A stretch of 64,000 nt of DNA from NCBI GenBank assembly GCA_046050355.1, contig JBJOPW010000005.1, positions 2,503-66,502 of the forward strand. The letters run 5' to 3'. The position numbers were made by a program, and so were the translations under genes. Every line of letters starts with the position of its first letter. Positions within the stretch are counted from its first letter, which is position 1. Below are positions 56,792 to 64,000 of this stretch, piece by piece. Under the pieces are notes generated by a model. The model saw only the letters and a list, made by a program, of their open reading frames with translations, was not told where the DNA came from and searched no databases. This DNA is from Candidatus Parcubacteria bacterium. Its GTDB lineage: Bacteria; Patescibacteriota; Minisyncoccia; Phycocordibacterales; UBA918.

Positions 56792-58060
56792 TCAGTCTGT
56801 GAATGATTTATTAAATATCCCTTTATCTGCGCCTAGTGACAAAGCAGCCCGAATACCGCTCCACACTCCATCTTCATGGAATCCATGACGCCAATAGGCG
56901 CCACAATAGTAAAAATTCTGCACTCCATTAATCTGCTTCCAGACTGACTGGAGCGTCAGCATATGTTTGTCGTACTGTGGGTGCAGATACTGAGTCTCAA
57001 ATAATACCTTCGTAGAATCAATATATGACTGACCATCGAGAGTAACTAAAAAATTTACCGGGGCGGTAATATGTTGAAGTTTATTCATATGATACGAAAA
57101 AACAGGTTCGCTATCGGTGCTTTTTTGGTAAATATTCCACGCTTCGGTCACGTATGTTTCTTTAGGAAGAATATTTTCATCAACATGTAATTGGATTACA
57201 TGGTCAGTAAATTGTACTGGTTTCATATAATCAAACACCGCTTCAGGGAGATCAGCGATTTTAAGAATCTCTGGCACTGGAATAGCAAATAAAACTTTAT
57301 CAAAAACCTCTTCCTTACCATTAACCTGTATTAATACATTATTTCCCTGAGCCACAACACGTTTAATCTCAGCACCAGTCCTAACCCTATCAGTAAATGT
57401 CTCAGTCAATGGTTTGAGATACGCTGATGAAAATGGTGCTACCACATACCACTGTAAGATATCTGACTTACTCAATAATCCATGATTCTTAAAAAAGCCA
57501 ATGAAGAAATGCAATGGTATATCAAGCACGGAGTCTTTTGGTTGTGACCAAATTATAGCTGCGAGCGGTATTAAATAGACTTCTACAAAAAAATTGGAAA
57601 AATTGAAGCGTCGTACAAAATCGCCGAGCGTCTCTCTATCGTCGGCTATCAGCGCATACCGTTTCACTTTGTAGTTAAAACGAAGAATCTCATACATAAG
57701 CTTCCATCGTTTGTAAGAAAAAACCTGACGGAAAGACACGAAGAATCCCTGTAAAGTTGATATATTATAGGCGATATTCATTTCGTCATTACGAACACTA
57801 AAGCCCATATCAGTCTTGACTTTATTAATGCCAAGTTTTTCTAGTAACGTAATAAAATTAGGGTACGTTACCTCGTTAAAAACAATAAATGCCGTATCTA
57901 TAGCATACTTCTTTTCTCGATAAGATATTGATACGGTTGCGGTATGGCCACCTATCTGATCGGCTTTTTCATAGACAATAACATCATATGTATCTTTAAG
58001 AAGATAGGCTGCTGTTAACCCCGATACGCCCGAACCAATCACCGCCAAACGCTCTCTCAT
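56792..58060 (-). CDS. FAD-dependent oxidoreductase (COG2907/amine-oxidase-like)
   Basis: VIGSGVSGL, GGHTAT, DTAFIVFN..TYPNF, YLHP and CGAYWRHGFHEDG motifs. Confidence 0.88.
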   Translation of the reverse strand: MRERLAVIGSGVSGLTAAYLLKDTYDVIVYEKADQIGGHTATVSISYREKKYAIDTAFIVFNEVTYPNFITLLEKLGINKVKTDMGFSVRNDEMNIAYNISTLQGFFVSFRQVFSYKRWKLMYEILRFNYKVKRYALIADDRETLGDFVRRFNFSNFFVEVYLIPLAAIIWSQPKDSVLDIPLHFFIGFFKNHGLLSKSDILQWYVVAPFSSAYLKPLTETFTDRVRTGAEIKRVVAQGNNVLIQVNGKEEVFDKVLFAIPVPEILKIADLPEAVFDYMKPVQFTDHVIQLHVDENILPKETYVTEAWNIYQKSTDSEPVFSYHMNKLQHITAPVNFLVTLDGQSYIDSTKVLFETQYLHPQYDKHMLTLQSVWKQINGVQNFYYCGAYWRHGFHEDGVWSGIRAALSLGADKGIFNKSFTD

Positions 58061-58065
58061 GTTGC

Positions 58066-59457
58066 TTAATAAGGAAAATGAATCGATACCCCAAACCGTG
58101 ACAGTACCGTCTTAATAGTGCGCAGGAAAATCGCCATATCAAGCCAAAACGACCGATTTTTGACATAGTACAAATCGTAAGAAAAGCGAATTCTCGATTC
58201 TTCAATTGATTGTGGGCTAATATTACCCGGAATATACCGTTGGTTTGTCTGCGCCCAACCAGTCACTCCCGGCTTTACAAAGTAGCGGATCTTATAGTAC
58301 GGGATTTCATTGGCTAATCGTTCACCTAATCCTGCAATATCATTCCGTGGCCCAATGAGAGACATATCGCCTTTGAGGATTGACCAGATCTGGGGAATCT
58401 CGTCGATACTGAGTTTGCGTAAGATAGCACCCACTTTGGTGACGACGTTATTTTGCTTCGCATCTTCACCGGTCCAAGTACTACTCGCAGCGAGATTTTT
58501 AGTCATGGTCCGAATTTTATACACCTTCACCGACCGATTGAATTGGCCGATGCGATCTTGAGTGATAAAGATTGGTCCCGGCCCCTCTAGCCGCATGGCT
58601 AGGTAAATGAATGGTAATAGCAAGAGGAAGCCAATACCCAGTCCGATACTCGTTATGATGTCAATGAGTCGTTTTGAGACGTCGTAGACGAGACTCCGTG
58701 ATTGTGAGACATGCGCTAAAAACCAATCGTACCGCAAAGCGGAAAGTGGCACCCGATCAAACGTATCTTCGTACACTTTATAAAAATCAAGAAAAGTAAA
58801 ATGAAAATCAATAAACGCTTTATCAAAGAGCGCTGGCATCACTTGCTCGAGGTACGGATTGTGGGCGTCAGCCACGATAATATCAATCCGTTCTTTCTCG
58901 ATAAGGGTTAACAATTTCTCTTTAAAATCGGTAGTAGTGGTTGCTACCTTACTGTCAATAATCCGGACAAATGAATATGAGTAACGATCGTTGTTATTGA
59001 TTTCATCAACCAATTCAATCGCCTCTTCCCCATCTGCGAGGAGAATCGCCCGTTTGTGTACCACTGGCGCAAAGCGTGGGTACAGGTACATACGCCAGTA
59101 CGTAATTAATGCCACCGATACAAAGAGATAAATAATGAGGTTGGTTTTTGGTGTAATCCCGAAGGGAACAATCAAAAAGACAAAAAAGGCTACAACAATA
59201 TTGACGACTTGAGTGTTAAGAATCCGACTAAACAAAAAAGTTTTTAGTATTGTCGTGTGTTTATCATACAAACCACCGATATAAAAAATAAATAGCCATA
59301 AACCAGACAACAGTAAAAATGGTCCAAAATGACTTGCCAATAAATCACTACTTGGCCAAGCCATATAACGCACCAACAACGTCAACCAAAGTGCACTCAA
59401 AAAAGCGATACTATCGCCGATAACGAGTATGGTTAATTCTCGGGTTCGTTCTCCCAT
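58066..59457 (-). CDS. Polyprenyl glycosylphosphotransferase (initiating sugar transferase)
   Basis: TM N-terminus; KRLIDI, YKIRTM, LRKLSIDEIPQ, GDMSLIGPR, KPGVTGWAQ and DLYY motifs. Confidence 0.93.
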   Translation of the reverse strand: MGERTRELTILVIGDSIAFLSALWLTLLVRYMAWPSSDLLASHFGPFLLLSGLWLFIFYIGGLYDKHTTILKTFLFSRILNTQVVNIVVAFFVFLIVPFGITPKTNLIIYLFVSVALITYWRMYLYPRFAPVVHKRAILLADGEEAIELVDEINNNDRYSYSFVRIIDSKVATTTTDFKEKLLTLIEKERIDIIVADAHNPYLEQVMPALFDKAFIDFHFTFLDFYKVYEDTFDRVPLSALRYDWFLAHVSQSRSLVYDVSKRLIDIITSIGLGIGFLLLLPFIYLAMRLEGPGPIFITQDRIGQFNRSVKVYKIRTMTKNLAASSTWTGEDAKQNNVVTKVGAILRKLSIDEIPQIWSILKGDMSLIGPRNDIAGLGERLANEIPYYKIRYFVKPGVTGWAQTNQRYIPGNISPQSIEESRIRFSYDLYYVKNRSFWLDMAIFLRTIKTVLSRFGVSIHFPY

Positions 59458-59615
59458 AAATAATGTTCTTATCGTACCAGAGCTAAAAACCCTGGCAAGG
59501 CTTTGTGATCGCTATTATAACTAAAGTACGGTATGCTTAGTTGTATTGAGTGCAACATGATCAAAATAGCCATATTTTTGAACCTATAATTATACTTTAC
59601 GACCTATCTGATTGT

Positions 59616-59910
59616 ATGACACATCTACCACCAAAGAAGGTTTTATTTTTGATCACGAGGAGCTACTGGGGTGAGAAATGGGGTGGGGTAAAGAATAATG
59701 GGTATTATTCTTTACGAGGTTGCCAGCTACTTTTGAAAAAAGTAGCGACAACCTGTACTGGTCCTGTAAGGACCCATTTCGCAAGACTTGCCCAGCTATC
59801 TTGTAAATACTTGAAACAAAATAGCGAGCGAGTGAACAGCGTCTGTAAACAAGTTTGCTTTTACTGCACTCGTTCGATATCTGTATGCCAGCATCCAGAT
59901 ACGAACATCG
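59616..59910 (+). pseudogene. Decayed duplicate of the N-terminus of the downstream GT4 gene
   Basis: MTHLPPKKVLFLITRSYWG vs MENKPPKKVLFLITKSNWG; after a frame change, ILYEVASYF*KK*RQPVLVL*G aligns with YVYDLATSLDRRQFEPVVALGG. Confidence 0.65.
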
Positions 59911-59961
59911 TTTGTAAAAGTAAGACGGGGAAAGCCGCCCCACAACTAAACTCTCTATCGT

Positions 59962-61107
59962 ATGGAAAATAAACCACCTAAAAAAGTACTTTTTCTCATC
60001 ACTAAAAGTAACTGGGGCGGGGCGCAACGTTACGTCTACGACCTTGCGACGAGCCTTGATCGTAGACAGTTTGAGCCGGTAGTAGCGCTAGGTGGTACTG
60101 GCACACTTGTCGATATGCTCCATCACGCCGGTATTCGCACGATTACAATCACGAGTCTAGAACGAGATGTGAACGCCAAAAAAGAACTGGCGTTGGCACG
60201 CGAGCTATATCATATCTACCGTACCGAACAACCCGATATACTTCATCTCAATAGCTCAAAAGCTGGCGCGATGGGGGCTCTTATCGGTCGCCTCGCTCGT
60301 GTACCGCGAATTATTTTTACCGCACATGGCTGGGCTTTCAATGAAGATCGACCATATTGGCAACGACTGATCATTAAGGTAATACATTACCTTACCGTAT
60401 TCCTCGCACACCACACTATCGCTGTCTCTTCCGGAATGAAGGCAGAAATGGGCTGGTTTGGGATACAGTCGAAAATGTCGGTTATCAATCCCGGCCGATC
60501 AATCGGCGCCATGTTTACACACACTGAAGCGCGGGACAAAATTGTCGAACTCTTCCCAGTCCTATCGCCGTATCGCCATGACCCGTGGATAGTGTGTGTA
60601 GCAGAGCTTCACCCAATCAAACGACACCAGGGTTTATTTGAGGCAATTCGTAGTCTTACTGCCATCAATCCACATATTCGACTCCTCTGTTTTGGTGACG
60701 GTCAATTGCGTGAATCACTCTCAGCGTGGGTTACTGCTCATGGCATGTCTGAACATATATTTATACTCGGCAGTCTCCATGAGGCGGCCCGCTTCCTCAA
60801 AGCATTTGATATGTTTGTGCTCGCCTCCAAATCTGAATCATATGGTTATGTGCTTCATGAAGCTGGATTAGCTGGCATACCAATAGTAGCCACCAATGTG
60901 GGCGGTATTACAGACATTATTACACCCCATAAAACTGGCTTGTTGGTACCCGTTGATGATGCCCGCGCACTGGCACAAGCCGTAGCAACGTTACTGAGCG
61001 ATCAGACACTAGCCCAAGCTTTACGTGCAGCCAGTTATACCGCACTGGCAGAACGAACTGTTGCCAATATGACTGCGGCCACGACACGACTCTATCTCCA
61101 GCACTAG
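59962..61107 (+). CDS. Glycosyltransferase family 4
   Basis: KSNWGGAQ, HLNSSKAG, FTAHGW and ESYGYVLHEAG motifs. Confidence 0.92.
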   Translation: MENKPPKKVLFLITKSNWGGAQRYVYDLATSLDRRQFEPVVALGGTGTLVDMLHHAGIRTITITSLERDVNAKKELALARELYHIYRTEQPDILHLNSSKAGAMGALIGRLARVPRIIFTAHGWAFNEDRPYWQRLIIKVIHYLTVFLAHHTIAVSSGMKAEMGWFGIQSKMSVINPGRSIGAMFTHTEARDKIVELFPVLSPYRHDPWIVCVAELHPIKRHQGLFEAIRSLTAINPHIRLLCFGDGQLRESLSAWVTAHGMSEHIFILGSLHEAARFLKAFDMFVLASKSESYGYVLHEAGLAGIPIVATNVGGITDIITPHKTGLLVPVDDARALAQAVATLLSDQTLAQALRAASYTALAERTVANMTAATTRLYLQH

Positions 61108-61631
61108 ACTCCGGACACCGGACAGGCATTATAACTATAGGCCACATGCCCGGCTCCCACATTAATTTCACAGTACGTATTTTGTCTTTCCAAAAATACC
61201 ACAATCGTGTACGAAGTCAGGTCAGTATTATTATTACTATTGCCGCTATTACTACGGAGCCGATACCGAATTGCGGTTGCATTAGTTCGATCAACCCCTG
61301 GTCGAAAGTTGAGGGCTGTATGTAAGGCGGACTCGTGCGCGGTGTACGTACCCGACATATTCTTAAGCACTGCTTCCGTAGCACCGCCAGCAGCCCCTGC
61401 TGGACACGCAACGGCCGTACCTGAACACGGATAGCGACCATTCTGATTGCGATAGTACTCTAAAGTAGTCACCAATTGTCTGGCCTCCTGAATACGCTGT
61501 GCATCTTGAGCTGCTACACGCGAATTTTGCATCGAGGCCAATAGAGATGAAGCGAGAAGTCCAACAATAGTAATAACAACCATGAGCTCAATGAGCGTGA
61601 ACCCTCGGTTACGACTTGATCGGTCGGTCAT
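61104..61631 (-). CDS. Type IV pilin/pseudopilin with a prepilin cleavage motif
   Basis: RG|FTLIELMVVITIVGLL and Cys pairs. Start MTDRSS lies 7 nt after TATACT. Confidence 0.9.
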   Translation of the reverse strand: MTDRSSRNRGFTLIELMVVITIVGLLASSLLASMQNSRVAAQDAQRIQEARQLVTTLEYYRNQNGRYPCSGTAVACPAGAAGGATEAVLKNMSGTYTAHESALHTALNFRPGVDRTNATAIRYRLRSNSGNSNNNTDLTSYTIVVFLERQNTYCEINVGAGHVAYSYNACPVSGV

Positions 61632-61742
61632 ACGCATAAGTATACAAAACAAACCCCGTCCTCCACAACAGAGCCATTACGAATGTGGATAAAAATACCA
61701 ACCTCAACGGATGTTTCTCAGTACAATACAGTAATAATACGT

Positions 61743-61973
61743 ATGGGTCAGATTAAATTTCACGATGAATCAACCGCTCGGAGAAATGTTCAAGGGACTT
61801 CCTCTGGTTTTACGCGCAGACTGGTCGCTTGGGGAGTTGTCAAAAATGAGCGCCAAGCTAACGCCGTCTTACTACTTCTTATTTTTCTTGCTGGTCTTAT
61901 AACTGCCTATAACGTGATGCAGGTAGTGGAGACACCCCCACCGCCAATACTTAACGAAATACCAACCCCTTAA
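61743..61973 (+). CDS. Small membrane protein
   Basis: LVAWGVVKNERQANAVLL followed by a TM segment. Confidence 0.65.
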   Translation: MGQIKFHDESTARRNVQGTSSGFTRRLVAWGVVKNERQANAVLLLLIFLAGLITAYNVMQVVETPPPPILNEIPTP

Positions 61974-61974
61974 A

Positions 61975-63117
61975 TTACGAACGGTCGTGGACCAAAAAAG
62001 CAGCTTCAGGGCTTATTGTTGAAGCGTTTTTATTGGAGGCATTACGGCGCATCGCCATCACCATCGCCACAGCCACAAATTCAGTAAGGAGATGAGAACC
62101 ACCGTATGACAAAAACGGTACGGTGGTACCCGTCACTGGCAAAAGTCCAATATTCATACCAATATGGACGAAGAAGTGAGCGGTAAACAACACTGCCACC
62201 CCGGTAGCAAACAACGTCTCAAAGTTCGTCGCCCCCGAGACCGCATGCACCATCAACCGCCAAATCACTACTCCGAATGATCCAAACAGCATGAGCACCC
62301 CTAAGAGTCCCCACTCCTCAGCGAAGGCAGCGAAGATAAAATCAGTCTCGTACTCAGGCAAGAACTGGAGCTTTGATTGCGTGCCGTAACCAATGCCCTT
62401 GCCTAATAATTGTCCCGAGCCAACTGCAACGGTGGACTGGTACGCATTGTAGCCAGCGCCCTGGATATCAGCGAGCGGATTAAGGAATGTCATAATACGC
62501 GCCTTTTGGTAGTCCATAAATACGAACTGCCACATGACGAGAAACGCGAGTGCACCTAAGGTACCTACCACGAGGAGATGACGAAACTTAATCCCAGCCA
62601 CCAAAATCATACCGGCCCAGATAAAAAAGAGAATGATGGCAGACCCAAAGTCAGGCTGAATGAATACCAGACCAAAAATCACAAAAGCATAAATGGCAGA
62701 GATAATAATATGGCGAACATCACTGATATGTTCATGGCGCTTCGCAAAATATTTGGCCAGTACAATAATGAGCACGAGCTTAGCTGGGTCAGCTGGTTGT
62801 AGCGAAAAGAAGCCGAGATTAAAACGACTCTGTGCCCCTAATGTGATCTCACCAATAAAGAGGACGAGGACGAGTAGTGCCACAATAGTGAGATACAGAA
62901 AAAAGGTGGTATTACCGGTGCGTAAAAAGCGGTAATCGGGTATAAGCGCTACAAGAAAGGCGCCGCAGGCGACGGCAATCCATAAGATTTGCCGATTAAA
63001 ATAGAGATTCTCCCCTTGGTAGGAGTACATGGTGACGAGACCGAGGGCGGTCAAAAACAGCATCGCTCCAAACAAAAGCGTGTCAAACGACCGAAAAAAG
63101 ACCCGCAACCCATGCAT
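61975..63117 (-). CDS. rodA: SEDS peptidoglycan polymerase, RodA-type
   Basis: GAQSRF, QPDFGS, YQKARI, GSGQLLGKG, LPEYETDFIFA and PFLSYGGS motifs. Confidence 0.88.
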   Translation of the reverse strand: MHGLRVFFRSFDTLLFGAMLFLTALGLVTMYSYQGENLYFNRQILWIAVACGAFLVALIPDYRFLRTGNTTFFLYLTIVALLVLVLFIGEITLGAQSRFNLGFFSLQPADPAKLVLIIVLAKYFAKRHEHISDVRHIIISAIYAFVIFGLVFIQPDFGSAIILFFIWAGMILVAGIKFRHLLVVGTLGALAFLVMWQFVFMDYQKARIMTFLNPLADIQGAGYNAYQSTVAVGSGQLLGKGIGYGTQSKLQFLPEYETDFIFAAFAEEWGLLGVLMLFGSFGVVIWRLMVHAVSGATNFETLFATGVAVLFTAHFFVHIGMNIGLLPVTGTTVPFLSYGGSHLLTEFVAVAMVMAMRRNASNKNASTISPEAAFLVHDRS

Positions 63118-63282
63118 AATGGTATCAGTCTACCAGCTACGGTCGTAGTGGCAAGTCAAAGATTCCTGGAAGTGAATCAGTTTTGTAGTCTGGCAATTTC
63201 GAGGCGTCAAGACAAAGAAATGTGAGGCGTACTGGTTGTACGTTGAGCTTTTCTTTGTTGAAGACAACAAAGAAATTGGCGA

Positions 63283-64000
63283 CTACAGAGCTGATTCCAG
63301 TGGGGCGAAGTTGTTTTTGGTTTTGGGAATAACATCGATACGAGCCGCCCCATCTTCACAAATTGCCTCAGTGATCGAGCTATAGATACTCGATAACGTT
63401 CCGGTATTAGGTGCCGCATACGCTTGTTCAGGGACAGTCGCTAGTTGGCGCAAAAAGTCCATATTAACCGAGGAGCCAAGACCAATAGTAAAGACTGTTA
63501 CATCATCAGTACGAAGCTTACCAGCTGCCTCTAGTGCAAAGGCTTCGGGTTCTTCGTCCGGTGCGGTAGCAAGGCCGTCAGTGAGGAGTACCACCACGCT
63601 GCGAGCATCGGGATTATGTCGTAATGAATTCAGTTCCGCTTGAGCTTTTATCAGCCCGTCACCCGTGTTGGTGCTTCCCTGCTCTTCTTTAGGATTAATC
63701 TCGAGACTGTTGATCTCACCTTTAGCGACAGCGGTATCAATAGTGAGCGGCAAATCAACACGGGCATCAGTCGCAAATGTCACCACACTCACCTGGTCTT
63801 GACTGCGTAACTGTCCTACAAATGACTCAGCAGCTTTGAGCACTGAACTAATCGGTTCTGGCGGATTTGTACTGTCATTATTCATACTACCGGAGAGGTC
63901 GATAGCGACCACCACATCAGTAGGCACCTCACAACTCCGGAGCGTCTTCGCGATTGGACGGGGCCAGGTAAAAGTCACGTCTTTACTACTTCGTCCCTCG
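63283..64000 (-). CDS. von Willebrand factor A domain protein, C-terminal part (probably begins beyond the window)
   Basis: MIDAS motif DLSGSM, TNTGDGL, LLTDG and VFTIGLG. Confidence 0.87.
   Translation of the reverse strand, partial: EGRSSKDVTFTWPRPIAKTLRSCEVPTDVVVAIDLSGSMNNDSTNPPEPISSVLKAAESFVGQLRSQDQVSVVTFATDARVDLPLTIDTAVAKGEINSLEINPKEEQGSTNTGDGLIKAQAELNSLRHNPDARSVVVLLTDGLATAPDEEPEAFALEAAGKLRTDDVTVFTIGLGSSVNMDFLRQLATVPEQAYAAPNTGTLSSIYSSITEAICEDGAARIDVIPKTKNNFAPLESAL

Noticed and set aside
59550-59972. 140-aa ORF as an intact gene
   Set aside because: Only ~19 codons are GT-like; the homology shifts frame and contains stops, so it is treated as a pseudogene.
61684-61692. DnaA box TGTGGATAA (also TGTGGAAAA at 38516) as a replication origin
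   Set aside because: The boxes are isolated, with no cluster, no dnaA/dnaN nearby, and no switch in gene strand bias.

Overview
This is a 64 kb chromosomal segment of a Patescibacteria/CPR bacterium. The 16S signatures, gene content and pilin/VirD4-like genes suggest Parcubacteria, probably Kaiserbacteria-like (inference). Most genes are on the minus strand. Housekeeping genes include gatB, obgE, secA, secD, secF, murB, murC, murD, rsmI, pyrH, folD and rodA. There is a ~23 kb surface-glycan locus (8 glycosyltransferases, 7 methyltransferases, a flippase, an O-antigen ligase, and an inserted NYN RNase gene), a stand-alone 16S rRNA gene lacking the anti-Shine-Dalgarno sequence, and two tRNA genes. 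The most striking feature is at 44.2-45.45 kb. Intact tRNA-Ile(GAT) and tRNA-Leu(CAG) each sit on a long extra helix and are nested inside a second, collinear, hairpin-interrupted copy of the same tRNA type ('matryoshka' tRNAs). The Leu unit is followed by 157-bp tandem repeats bounded by tRNA 3' ends. Other features missing from the ORF track are a covarying ~79-nt structured repeat family, a 37-aa peptide ending in CxxCEG, a 51-aa histone-H1-like protein, a palindrome inserted in-frame in murD, and extended -10 boxes placed just upstream of many start codons. All calls were made by eye; no database searches or folding programs were run.
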